A stretch of 64,000 nucleotides of DNA, from positions 124,001 to 188,000 of IMG/VR virus record IMGVR_UViG_3300009093_000034. One strand, given 5' to 3'. A program made the translations under genes and the position numbers. Shown here piece after piece: positions 25,579 to 34,861 of the stretch (within the stretch, counting starts at the first letter, position 1; each line of letters starts with the position of its first letter). The notes below the pieces were generated by a model. It was not told the DNA's origin. It saw only the letters and a list, made by a program, of their open reading frames with translations, and ran no database searches.

Positions 25579-25809
25579 ATGAAAGTTTTGGTAAGAAAAA
25601 TTGACGATGAAGAAAACTGGACATCGTCTCTAAGCATTGAGATCAATGGAGAAGAGAAGTTCAGCGTTCACGATGGTGAACCTGAAGACAATAGTCTCGG
25701 ACGAAACTTCTCCAGTTGTTATGGAATTCCTAGCCTTTTGAAAGCTGCTTATGAAGCAGGAAAGGCTGGAGAAGACTTTATCGTCGAAGAGACTAACGAA
25801 GAAGAGTAA
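25579..25809 (+). CDS. Hypothetical protein
   Basis: RBS AAGGA. Confidence 0.65.
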   Translation: MKVLVRKIDDEENWTSSLSIEINGEEKFSVHDGEPEDNSLGRNFSSCYGIPSLLKAAYEAGKAGEDFIVEETNEEE

Positions 25810-25815
25810 CTAAAT

Positions 25816-26032
25816 AAAGGTGTGGTGGAAGTCCGCTAGTAGATTGCTACTAGGCCCATGTGAATGGCCATTTGTATGGGATTGGGAAACAAAGACACAA
25901 GCTAGGTCGGGGCAAGACGGCCCATGTCAGAGGTTAAACTCTCTATCAACGGAGAGATCCTAGCTGCTACCTTGGTACGAGTATATCTTGGCGGGAAGTC
26001 ATAGCGTTCAGGTTCGAGACCTGACACCTTTT
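25816..26032 (+). ncRNA. tRNA-shelled RNA with tmRNA-like topology but non-Ala acceptor
   Basis: AAAGGTG/CACCTTT, T arm TCAGG-TTCGAGA-CCTGA, CCGC/GCGG helix enclosing ~155 structured nt. Confidence 0.6.
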
Positions 26033-26035
26033 TAC

Positions 26036-26107
26036 GGGCGGTTCGTTCAACGGATAGGACAGAAGTTTCCTAAACTTCCAATGTGGGTTCGATTCCCGCA
26101 CTGCTCA
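26036..26107 (+). tRNA. tRNA-Arg(CCT)
   Basis: GAAGT-TT-CCT-AA-ACTTC. Confidence 0.88.
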
Positions 26108-26176
26108 TTTCATTCAAAATTTTTCAAAACCTCCTTGATCGTGAGATATTGTATATGTCACAAAGGAGGCCATAAT

Positions 26177-26371
26177 TTGGCTAGTGGAAAATCGTGCAGT
26201 GCCCAGAATCCTGAAGGAGTTCGTCGGACGGTCGGTGGTCACACCCTCGCCCCTCGGTCTCAGCGGAAGACCGAAACCATCGTTGACAAGGTCATGCGGT
26301 GGGATCCCTTCCACAAGGAAACTCGGCTGATGCCCGTGGAGCGGAAGGTTAGCAAGGTCTTCATCGACTAA
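26177..26371 (+). CDS. Small basic hypothetical protein
   Basis: Class A motif, AAGGAGG RBS, TTG start, terminator after. Confidence 0.6.
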   Translation: MASGKSCSAQNPEGVRRTVGGHTLAPRSQRKTETIVDKVMRWDPFHKETRLMPVERKVSKVFID

Positions 26372-26405
26372 GTTCCTTCTCTCAAGTTTTTCTTTCTCCC
26401 TATTT

Positions 26406-26445
26406 CCCCTGGTCCTTCATAGTTGGACCAGGGGATTCCTTTTTT
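26406..26445 (+). terminator. Rho-independent terminator
   Basis: CCCCTGGTCC/GGACCAGGGG plus T run. Confidence 0.8.
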
Positions 26446-26456
26446 AAGAGACCATC

Positions 26457-27278
26457 ATGCAAGAACCTAAGATCACCTTTCTAGAAGTCGGGGAAGATAT
26501 TCAAGTCATGCCCGAAGTACATTATAAATTCCTCTACAACGTAGAAGACCTTCGTAGATTCCATACCTTCATCACTCAAGATGGACTCAAGGCTGACGAG
26601 GTTCTCTTTGTCTCTTTGAGTGCTCGTAACAAGTACTTGACCGATGAAGAGCGTAAGGCTCTTGACCTTGGCCGAACTGAGATGTTCCGCCGAGAGTTGA
26701 TCAAAGACACAGACTTCAAAGCTTACCTTAGAACCATTCTCTGTTATGATACTCCCATCCCTGGAAGCATCATCTCCAGAAGTGGAGCAGACCTTCCTGA
26801 GAAGTGTTTGGTGTTGTACGCCAACATCAACCCACTCTCTGGAAAAAAAGCTCTTCAACTCTTCTTTGAAGATGTGACCAAGAGACTCTTCAACTTGGGA
26901 ACTAACCAAGAAGAGCTTGGAAACTTGAAGAACATGGACACGATCTTGAAGAACAGCTTTCAAAAGGCTAGAGCTTCTAAGAACGTGATTGATATCGACT
27001 TTGACGTTCCTGAAGAAGGAACCGACTTGGTTCTTACCTTCTTGGATCACATCAAAGAAAAAGGTGTTGAGTACATGGTCATCAAGACCAAAGGTGGCTA
27101 CCACGTCATGCTTCGTCGAGAGACTCTGAAGTTCAACTACCCTGCTTTGCTTGGTCCTTTGAACGAACAGGCCAAGGCTCGTTTTGGCCACGCTGAAGTC
27201 ATCATCAACGAGAACGCCATGGTTCCGATCCCTGGAACTCAACAAGCTGGTGAGATCGTCAGGATCGTCGATCTCTAA
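26457..27278 (+). CDS. Hypothetical protein
   Basis: 273 aa; IDIDFD and TKGGYHVM suggest a primase-like fold (weak). Confidence 0.65.
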   Translation: MQEPKITFLEVGEDIQVMPEVHYKFLYNVEDLRRFHTFITQDGLKADEVLFVSLSARNKYLTDEERKALDLGRTEMFRRELIKDTDFKAYLRTILCYDTPIPGSIISRSGADLPEKCLVLYANINPLSGKKALQLFFEDVTKRLFNLGTNQEELGNLKNMDTILKNSFQKARASKNVIDIDFDVPEEGTDLVLTFLDHIKEKGVEYMVIKTKGGYHVMLRRETLKFNYPALLGPLNEQAKARFGHAEVIINENAMVPIPGTQQAGEIVRIVDL

Positions 27279-27294
27279 CCCTCACTAAATTATC

Positions 27295-28011
27295 ATGAAG
27301 AAATCTCAGAAAGACGAGAGAGATAAGTACCTTCTCTCACGAGATAAGCATCTCCGTGACCTTTACGAGAGATCGCGTCAGACTACCAAGATCATTCCTC
27401 TCGATCCTCCTGTCAGAAACGGCTGGAAGAAGAACCTCGTTCTTAGGGAGGACATCTCCAAGTCTCCCTACGCTGCTATCGTAGGACCCTTGATTCAGTA
27501 TGTCCAGCAAACCTGGCCTTGCGATGCTCATGGTAAAGTTTGGTGGACTAAAAGAGTCAAGGATCCTTCTACCCGAAAGTGGAAAGATGAGATCGAAGAG
27601 ATCGTCTGCAAACCTAAGTACATTGAACTCAGAGATTGGCCTGAGATTGAGAAGAAGTTGACCTTGAAACAGAAAGGTTACTTCTCCAAAGAGTTTGTCA
27701 AGATGACCTCTTGGTATGGTGATTACTTCAAAGAGGTGATGGCTTTCAACACTCCTTGGATGATGGTTGAGAAGGTCTCTCCTAACTACGAGTACTTCAG
27801 ATATGAGAGAGACGAAGAGTTGGAGAGGAAGATCGAGGTTCTTGAGAGAGAACTTCGTTGGAACTATACTAACTCTATGAGACTCGATCACCTTGTTGGC
27901 CGTCGTCGTAGAAGAGATCACAGAGAGTGGAATGCTTTTGGCAGAATTACCGTCGAGAAAGACGACAAGTTGATCTTGACTCTTGATCTTGAAGATTTTC
28001 TAGCTTCCTAA
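27295..28011 (+). CDS. Basic hypothetical protein upstream of the TROVE gene
   Basis: PLDPPVRNGWKKNLVLREDI; ATG 4 nt after ACTAAATT. Confidence 0.65.
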   Translation: MKKSQKDERDKYLLSRDKHLRDLYERSRQTTKIIPLDPPVRNGWKKNLVLREDISKSPYAAIVGPLIQYVQQTWPCDAHGKVWWTKRVKDPSTRKWKDEIEEIVCKPKYIELRDWPEIEKKLTLKQKGYFSKEFVKMTSWYGDYFKEVMAFNTPWMMVEKVSPNYEYFRYERDEELERKIEVLERELRWNYTNSMRLDHLVGRRRRRDHREWNAFGRITVEKDDKLILTLDLEDFLAS

Positions 28012-28051
28012 ACATCTTTGCTTTATACTTATCTCTGAAGGAGACTATTAA

Positions 28052-28198
28052 ATGTCTGAAGATACTGCAACGACTAATCTTACTTGGGATGAAATTCTCC
28101 CAGAGTTTGATCCTCACTACATGTTGAACGTCTTGAATGAGATGAGAGCTGAGCGCGGACTCGGCCCTGTCATTCAGATGAAGAACTTGATCAACTAA
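28052..28198 (+). CDS. 48-aa small protein (not in ORF track)
   Basis: TATACT then AAGGAG RBS; MSEDTATTNLTWDEILPEF... Confidence 0.5.
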   Translation: MSEDTATTNLTWDEILPEFDPHYMLNVLNEMRAERGLGPVIQMKNLIN

Positions 28199-28216
28199 CA
28201 ATCCACCACTTTGGTA

Positions 28217-28314
28217 AGGCGTCTTCTGGACTGATTGGAAACGGGTTCGATTCCCGTTGCGCCTAAAAACTTTCCCTCACTCGTACGAGATGAGGCGACC
28301 TCAATTTAAGGAGG
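28217..28314 (+). ncRNA. tRNA/Y-RNA-like element in the TROVE leader
   Basis: Perfect T arm 28241-28257; CGCCT can pair with 28218 or 28293 AGGCG; CCTC/GAGG hairpin covers the RBS. Confidence 0.45.
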
Positions 28315-28320
28315 TTGTCT

Positions 28321-29889
28321 ATGTCTAGAATGGCAAACAACCCCAAGGCTGCTACTGCAGCTAAGACCATGAGGAACATTCCTCAGGCAGATACTTTCAA
28401 CAAGGCAGGAGGACGAGCATATTCCAAGTCGGCTAAGGTCGAGCTTGCGGATCTCTTGTTCTCAAACTTCTTGTCCGGAGACACTTACCGAAAGGAAAGT
28501 GAAGTCTCCAAGAGGATCGAGGAGCTTGCTTCTCAGATCGAAGACAAGGAGTTCTTGGCCAAGGCCGCTCTTTACACTCGTAATGAGCTTGGCATGAGGA
28601 CCATGAGCCATCTGTTGGCAGGTGAGATCGCTTCCAAGAACTACGCTTCTGGCTCCGGCTGGGGACGTACCTTCTTCGATGCAATCGTCTACCGTGTCGA
28701 CGACATGGCTGAGATCCTTGGTTACTTCCTCGGAAAGGACCACAAAGCAATCCCTAACTCCCTAAAGTCTGGCTTCTCGTAAGCCTTCGATCGTTTCGAC
28801 GCCTACCAGTTGGCCAAGTATCGTGGTGACAGCAACGCTGTAAAGCTTGTTGACATTGTTCGACTTGTCCACCCGAAGGGAAACGAAAAGAACAAGACTG
28901 CTCTTGAGCAACTTGTTAAGGGAACCCTAAGAAACACCAAGACTTGGGAGGCTAAGGTCTCCGCAGCAGGTCAGAAGGCAACTTCCAAGGAAGCTGTCGC
29001 TGCTACCGCTGAGGCTTGGGAAGACCTTCTTAAGGAGAACAAGCTTGGTTACCTTGCTTTGATTCGTAACTTGACGAACATCGCCAACTCTGTTGATGAT
29101 GCTACGTTTGAGACGGCTCTGGCTCAGGTGATCGATGAGAAGTCTGTAAAGACCTCTCTAGTTCTTCCTTTCCAACTCTACATCGCTGCAAAGCAAGTAG
29201 AGAACGAGGGAAGGATCAAGAATCACAGCAGAATGTCAAAGGTGATCGACGCGCTGACCGCAGCCATCGACGTTTCTTTGTCCAACGTTCCTAAGCTCGA
29301 GGGCAAGACTCTCGTTGCAGTGGACATCTCTGGATCAATGGACTCTCGTCTATCAGCCATGGGTCAAGCTCGTGTTGTTGACGTAGCAACTCTCTTCGGT
29401 GTTGTCTTGGCTAAGGCTAACGATGCTGATTTGGTTCGCTTCAACACCAGTGCTTCCTACTCTGTTGTTCCTAAGTCTAGGTCTACTCTTGACTCTGTCA
29501 AGAGCTTGGCACAGACCGGTGGTGGTACTGCCTTCGAGTCCATCATGTACTTGATCAACCAGTCACAGACTGTCTACGATAGGATCTTGGTTCTATCTGA
29601 CATGCAGTCTTGGTCAGGAAAGACCGGAGGAGACTTCGCTCGCCTTGTCCAAGAGTACAGAAACAACAAGAAGCGTCCTAACATGACCTTCCTTTCGTGG
29701 GACCTCCACGGAGGAACCTCTCACCAGGTTCCTGAGTCTGATCCTCGTTCCATCGTCCTAGGAGGATGGAGTGACAAGATCTTCGACATCTTGGCAGAGA
29801 CCGAGACCGATCGAAACGCTCTAGTGAAGACCATCGAAGAGTACGAGATCAAGGTTCCTACCAAGGAACGAGCTCGTAAGACTGCGTAA
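28321..29889 (+). CDS. rsr: Ro60/TROVE-vWA RNA-binding protein interrupted by one in-frame TAA (28780-28782)
   Basis: NKAGGRAY, YTRNELGMRT, *AFDRFDAYQLAKYR continues in frame, LVHPK, TWE, ALIRNL, vWA VDISGSM and GGT..SDMQ. Confidence 0.88.
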
Positions 29890-29900
29890 GTAGAATAAGA

Positions 29901-29930
29901 AAGGAGGGAAGAGATTCCCTCCTTCTTTTT
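29901..29930 (+). terminator. Rho-independent terminator
   Basis: AAGGAGGGAA/TTCCCTCCTT plus T run. Confidence 0.85.
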
Positions 29931-29943
29931 ATGGAGGCCAAAA

Positions 29944-30129
29944 ATGCCAGAGGTTTTGTTTTCTTTTGAGATAAAAGAAAATGGGAGCATTATCTGTATC
30001 ACAGGAGAATCCTGTGAGAAGATATCAGACTACGAGTTTCTTATCGATGGTAAGAACAAGATCTCTTTTGGAAGAGAAGTCCATCAACTTCGTTCTTTCT
30101 TAGTAGAGGATCATCAAGATGAAAAGTGA
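29944..30129 (+). CDS. Hypothetical protein
   Basis: RBS GGAGG. Confidence 0.6.
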   Translation: MPEVLFSFEIKENGSIICITGESCEKISDYEFLIDGKNKISFGREVHQLRSFLVEDHQDEK

Positions 30130-30358
30130 TGATGACTTGATCAATCCTGATCTACTTGCTCCGTATCAGTGTAAAGATCAAAACACTGCTAATCAACTTC
30201 AGTATCAAGGTATAGGGTTCAATGATGACCATATCTCGGTCAAACCCTCTATCGTAGAGCTCACCATAGGAGCTTCAACCTTGAGGATCCCGATGTACTT
30301 ATTTGAAAGGTTCGCACGTTGGTACTTAGAACCTCAAGAACGTAAGAAGGAGTGGTAA
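30119..30358 (+). CDS. Hypothetical protein
   Basis: RBS GAGGA. Confidence 0.6.
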   Translation: MKSDDDLINPDLLAPYQCKDQNTANQLQYQGIGFNDDHISVKPSIVELTIGASTLRIPMYLFERFARWYLEPQERKKEW

Positions 30359-30359
30359 G

Positions 30360-30665
30360 ATGGACATGCCCATTGATTCTGAGTTGATCTTGAAGAACGC
30401 ACTTTCTGAAGTCATCAGGAAGGACGATTACATCTCTAGTATCGTAGACTGTTGTCTCACAATGGCTAGTCAAACTCCTGTTGAAGGTCTTGAGTTCTTC
30501 AAGGGAAAAGACTCTAGAGACATCGCTTGGGAGGCCATGCAATCTCCTTCTGTCAAAAACATGTTGATGTCTTTGATCAATGACGTTGCTAGAGTGGTTA
30601 TTGAAACCGCAGAGTCAGACGATGCAGCTGAAGAAGCTGTAGATTCTATCCGAGATTGGGATTAA
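30360..30665 (+). CDS. Hypothetical protein
   Basis: RBS AAGGAG. Confidence 0.6.
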   Translation: MDMPIDSELILKNALSEVIRKDDYISSIVDCCLTMASQTPVEGLEFFKGKDSRDIAWEAMQSPSVKNMLMSLINDVARVVIETAESDDAAEEAVDSIRDWD

Positions 30666-31067
30666 ATGGAACCTTTTACTGACTCAGTAATCAAATATGT
30701 AGTGTATCACGGGTCTACTGATTCAATAAAAAAGTTTGATTCTACGTTCCCAGATCAAGCATTTCCTGCTCTTTATTTTTCTAGAACATTCGAAAAAGCT
30801 GAAGAATATACTCGTTCAGCTAAGAATCAATTAAAGTCTCATAAGACATTACCTCATTATGTCTATGCTTGTTTCATAGATATGAGAGAACCTCTTGAGC
30901 TTCCATCAAGACAAACGTATTTTATTGATCAAAAAAGAGTAGACCTTATTACAAGTCTTGGATTTGATGGGCTTATTGGGAAAGATGAAAAAAATGAAAT
31001 TGAAGAATTTGTTTTGTTCGATCCCTCAAAAGTAAAAATTCTAAATAGAACATTAATAAAAGGTTAA
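30666..31067 (+). CDS. ADP-ribosyltransferase-fold protein (PolyVal-ART-like)
   Basis: VYHGS..F..ALYFS..AEEY..GFDGLI..EFVLFDPSKVKI; AT-rich codons. Confidence 0.6.
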   Translation: MEPFTDSVIKYVVYHGSTDSIKKFDSTFPDQAFPALYFSRTFEKAEEYTRSAKNQLKSHKTLPHYVYACFIDMREPLELPSRQTYFIDQKRVDLITSLGFDGLIGKDEKNEIEEFVLFDPSKVKILNRTLIKG

Positions 31068-31069
31068 AC

Positions 31070-31381
31070 ATGGACAACATCACTCTTAACTTGTGGGATG
31101 ATTACTTTGACGATTCTACAGGTAAACCACAAAACACCCATCTCTATGTAGAGGAAAGTTCTTTGTCCTCTGCAGTAAAGCAACAGATCATCAACCAAGT
31201 CTATGACTGGTTGGATAGATATGTTCCTGGACAATTCAACTTCTTCTTAGAAGAAGGCGACAACCCTAAGATCCATTTGGAAAACTTGACTCACAAGAGA
31301 AGAGTTCCTTTGGTCGAAGAGTTGAACGCTGCTAAGTTGAAATATAACTCGATTCCTCTTCGCTTCATCACAGAATCTTGA
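31070..31381 (+). CDS. Hypothetical protein
   Basis: Packed ORF. Confidence 0.6.
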   Translation: MDNITLNLWDDYFDDSTGKPQNTHLYVEESSLSSAVKQQIINQVYDWLDRYVPGQFNFFLEEGDNPKIHLENLTHKRRVPLVEELNAAKLKYNSIPLRFITES

Positions 31382-31393
31382 GATATTTCATGC

Positions 31394-31921
31394 ATGAGAT
31401 CGAAATACATTGGAACAGACGATGTCTCCAAAATTGGTAAGAACGTTCATCCATTCACCGTAGCTGGTTTGGGAGAAGGTCCTTTCACCTGTGTCGGTTT
31501 CATGGCTTATGGTGGAGGTGGATATGTCGTTGAGAACGGCATCGCCAACTTCGAGACTTGTAAGTGCTGTGGAGCAGCTATCAAGAATGTGTTCTACGTT
31601 GAGAACGAGACCGGTCGTACCTTTCCGGTTGGCTCCACTTGTGTTTTGAAAACTCCCAAGACTGGACAGATGTATCAGTACGCTTCTAACAAGATGTTGG
31701 AAGAGCAGAGAAAGAAGACTGAGATCAAGCGGAAAGCTAAGATCGATGAAGTCGACGATTTCATGACCAATCCTAATGTCATTGCTAAGGGAGATTCTCT
31801 TCCCCATCCCAAGATCTCCAGTTTGACCTACTACGACTACATGTGCTACATTTTGAAGCAGTGTGGTCACTCAGGCCGAACCAAGTACCTGAAGATCTTC
31901 AAGAACGAACTCCAACTCTGA
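31394..31921 (+). CDS. Zn-binding hypothetical protein
   Basis: TCKCCGAAIKNVFYV..VGSTCV; class A motif 6 nt upstream. Confidence 0.65.
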   Translation: MRSKYIGTDDVSKIGKNVHPFTVAGLGEGPFTCVGFMAYGGGGYVVENGIANFETCKCCGAAIKNVFYVENETGRTFPVGSTCVLKTPKTGQMYQYASNKMLEEQRKKTEIKRKAKIDEVDDFMTNPNVIAKGDSLPHPKISSLTYYDYMCYILKQCGHSGRTKYLKIFKNELQL

Positions 31922-31936
31922 GATATTAACTACATC

Positions 31937-32881
31937 ATGCGTAAAGACGTCCTCTTGTCTCGCGACGCCTTCCGCAAGGCTGTCTTTGATCGAGACCACA
32001 ACACATGCGTATTCTGTTCTCTTCCTGCAGTAGATGCTCACCACATCATGGAGCGAAAGCTCTGGCCTGATGGTGGCTACTATTTGAACAATGGTGCCTC
32101 CGTCTGCGAACAGCATCACTGGGATTGTGAGAACTCCATCATCTCTGTTGAACAAGTCAGAAAGGCTTGTAACATCATCGACATCATTCTTCCTCCTTAC
32201 TTTTCTGAGAATCAAATCTACGATAAGTGGGGAAATCAGAAGCTCACGACTGAAGAAGCCGGAGCTATCAAGTACCCTAGAACTTATCACTTCCCTTGGT
32301 CCCAAAATCTCATCAACGACGATCGAATGTTGGAGTCTACTTCTCAGTTCGAACTCAACCACGTGATCGCTACGGTCAAGATGGATGGTGAAAACACGAC
32401 CATGACTAGAGATGCTTGTCACGCAAGGTCTCTTGATAGTGGAGCTCATCCTTCTAGAACTTGGGTCAGATCTTTTTGGGGTTCTCTCAAACACAACATT
32501 CCAGAAGGTTGGAGAGTTTGTGGAGAAAATCTTTACGCAAAACACTCAATCCTTTATACTGATCTCACCAGCTATTTCCAAGGCTTATCAATCTGGAATG
32601 ACAAGAACATTTGTCTGTCCTGGAAAGAGACCAAAGAATGGTTTGAACTTCTTGGCATTCAACCTGTCCAAGAGATCTACGATGGCATGTACTACGAAAA
32701 AGGCATCAAGGATCTTTGGGACCCAACAAAAGGTTGGGAAGGCTACGTAGTTCGGTTCGCAGAGGAATTTCCTATGAGAGATTTCAATCTCAAGGTAGGA
32801 AAGTTTGTTAGAAAAGGCCATGTTCAAACTGATGAACATTGGATGCAACAAGCTCTGACACCTAATAAACTCCAGGCCTAA
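31937..32881 (+). CDS. HNH endonuclease-RNA ligase fusion
   Basis: N-term CVFC..DAHHI..LCxxHH; C-term KYPRTYHFPWS, VKMDGENTT, CGENLY, EGYVVR, KFVR. Confidence 0.85.
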   Translation: MRKDVLLSRDAFRKAVFDRDHNTCVFCSLPAVDAHHIMERKLWPDGGYYLNNGASVCEQHHWDCENSIISVEQVRKACNIIDIILPPYFSENQIYDKWGNQKLTTEEAGAIKYPRTYHFPWSQNLINDDRMLESTSQFELNHVIATVKMDGENTTMTRDACHARSLDSGAHPSRTWVRSFWGSLKHNIPEGWRVCGENLYAKHSILYTDLTSYFQGLSIWNDKNICLSWKETKEWFELLGIQPVQEIYDGMYYEKGIKDLWDPTKGWEGYVVRFAEEFPMRDFNLKVGKFVRKGHVQTDEHWMQQALTPNKLQA

Positions 32882-32883
32882 TC

Positions 32884-33321
32884 ATGACTCATCGCATGGA
32901 GCGATGCAAACACTGCAAGATCACCTACGCTTACCAAACATCAGGATGGGGATGTCACGACAAAGAAAACGATGATATCTACTGTCCTGAGTGTATGAGA
33001 AAGATCCTCAAAGCTCTAGAAGAAACTCCTGTTCGTATGGAACCTGTTTGGCTTCCTCTTTCTTATCCGTCTAAGAATCCAATGACGATTGAGAAGTTTG
33101 AAGCTATCAAAGCTGAACAGGAAAAAGATAATCCTTTTTTCTTAAAACTCTATTATCTCACTGGTTATAAAAATATCCGATGGGACTTTCTAAATGATAA
33201 GTCTCCTTTTGGACGACCGTTAAAATACAAACTCTCCACAAACACAGACACCAATGAAAAACTTTTAGAGATAGAAGTTGAACAAGACACAGAGTCTGGT
33301 GAGATTGGAGGGCCTTGGTAA
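32884..33321 (+). CDS. Hypothetical protein (two CxxC)
   Basis: CKHC, CPEC. Confidence 0.6.
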   Translation: MTHRMERCKHCKITYAYQTSGWGCHDKENDDIYCPECMRKILKALEETPVRMEPVWLPLSYPSKNPMTIEKFEAIKAEQEKDNPFFLKLYYLTGYKNIRWDFLNDKSPFGRPLKYKLSTNTDTNEKLLEIEVEQDTESGEIGGPW

Positions 33322-33587
33322 TGTACTTTTCAGAAGAACAAATCAAAAAAGCACAGCAAGATCACAAGGATTTCTTTGATAAAGCAATACGACCTGACAC
33401 GCATCTTAGAGTAAATTGGAGTCTTTACAACGACCTTGTTGAAGAACGGCCTATGGTTAGTGCTGCCGATGAGATCATTCGATATCTTAAACCTGTTTAC
33501 GACTCTAAACCTAAAAATGAAACGGATGAAAAAGTTTCTAGAAAACCAAAAACAAGCACTAAAAAAGGAAAAGGCAAGAGTGAGTAG
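33315..33587 (+). CDS. Hypothetical protein
   Basis: Packed ORF, TAG stop. Confidence 0.55.
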   Translation: MVMYFSEEQIKKAQQDHKDFFDKAIRPDTHLRVNWSLYNDLVEERPMVSAADEIIRYLKPVYDSKPKNETDEKVSRKPKTSTKKGKGKSE

Positions 33588-34533
33588 CGCAGCTAGCATT
33601 CCACGACAGCACATCTTTCATTCCTCTGAACTACAACTCAGAGATGACAAAAAAAATCCAATTCTGCTAGACAGATGGGTAGAGATTGGTCACAACGTTT
33701 ACCAGAAAAGTCCTGAGTCTATCAATAGTCTTCCAGCTGGAATTTATCAACTCAAGGTTGATGATGGACGACTTCTTTTTGAGCGTCAGTTTCCTCAAAC
33801 AGATGAGCTCTTAAGCCTTGAAGGTTCTCAAGAACATCAGGTCTTTGAGGAGATTCAAAAGTTTTGGGAGTCAGGAGATAACTACCATGAGTGGGGTTTT
33901 CTTCACAGACGCGGTATCATCTTGTACGGGCCACAAGGTTGTGGTAAAACAGGGATCGTAACTAGACTTGGTTACCAGCTTGTTGAAGACCATGAAGGCA
34001 TCATCCTGATTGGAAACAATGCTTCTCCAGACTTGATCACCAACGGAATCAAGGCTATCAGAGCTGTAGAAAAAGATCGGCCCATCATCGTTCAGATCGA
34101 AGACATCGATGCTTACATCCAACGTACCGACGAAGCTGACGTTCTTTCTATGTTGGACGGTCAAGATAGCTGCGACAACATCTTGTTCATCGCTACAACA
34201 AACTACATGGGACGCCTTGATCCTCGTATCACTCAAAGGCCCCGGCGCTTCGACGTCCGTGTAGAGATTCTTCCTCCTTCTAAGGAAACTAGAAAGGACT
34301 ACTTCATCAAGAAGTTGAGTGTTCCTCCTGAAGACGCAGAAGCTTTGGCAAAGAAGACTGATCGTTTCACCTTCGCAGGTCTTAGTGATCTTGTTCTTAG
34401 AACTCGAGTTTTGATGCAAGACGAAGACGAGTCTATCTCTAAGGTTCGTGAAGTTATGGAAATGAAGGTTGACAACTCTAAGCCGCTAGGTCCTGAAAGG
34501 GAGATGGGTTTTGGAGCCAGAGCGCTTAGATAA
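33580..34533 (+). CDS. AAA+ ATPase
   Basis: GPQGCGKT, IEDID, RPRRFD. Confidence 0.9.
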   Translation: MSSAASIPRQHIFHSSELQLRDDKKNPILLDRWVEIGHNVYQKSPESINSLPAGIYQLKVDDGRLLFERQFPQTDELLSLEGSQEHQVFEEIQKFWESGDNYHEWGFLHRRGIILYGPQGCGKTGIVTRLGYQLVEDHEGIILIGNNASPDLITNGIKAIRAVEKDRPIIVQIEDIDAYIQRTDEADVLSMLDGQDSCDNILFIATTNYMGRLDPRITQRPRRFDVRVEILPPSKETRKDYFIKKLSVPPEDAEALAKKTDRFTFAGLSDLVLRTRVLMQDEDESISKVREVMEMKVDNSKPLGPEREMGFGARALR

Positions 34534-34537
34534 ATTT

Positions 34538-34708
34538 ATGTTTCCTTCTGCTACATGGATGGCTACTATTGGTCTTGATAGGTTAGAGGAAATGAAGGAA
34601 GAAATCTTTGAACAGTATGACCTTCTCTATTTTGAACCAGGCTTTGATGAATTCAAAGAAAATTTAAGAAAAGAACTTCAATACAGAAAGTCCACTGAGA
34701 TATTGTAA
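34538..34708 (+). CDS. Small hypothetical protein
   Basis: Packed ORF. Confidence 0.4.
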   Translation: MFPSATWMATIGLDRLEEMKEEIFEQYDLLYFEPGFDEFKENLRKELQYRKSTEIL

Positions 34709-34861
34709 GACGTATTGCATTCACTAATTTTCTAGGTTCTAAACTTTTCAATAAGGAGATGCCACGATGAAGAAGTAGACTCGCGCCACTCAGCCGCCCT
34801 AATTGCCTGTTGTGCCTTTGTAGACCAAAATCTATCAAATCCATAACAAGGAGAAACAATT

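Noticed and set aside
25816-26032. Calling this element (or 4105-4460 with TCTCCACCA at ~4387) tmRNA
   Set aside because: No GGGG/Ala acceptor with G3:U70, no resume context or ALAA-type tag; the CCACCA at 4390 lacks a preceding T arm
26481-27921. Long antisense ORFs (26481-27245, 27337-27921; also 8552-9187, 15009-15659, 31871-32545, 39671-40363)
   Set aside because: They shadow well-supported + strand genes; low TTA/CTA/TCA use in the sense genes leaves the antisense frame open; no RBS or recognisable motifs
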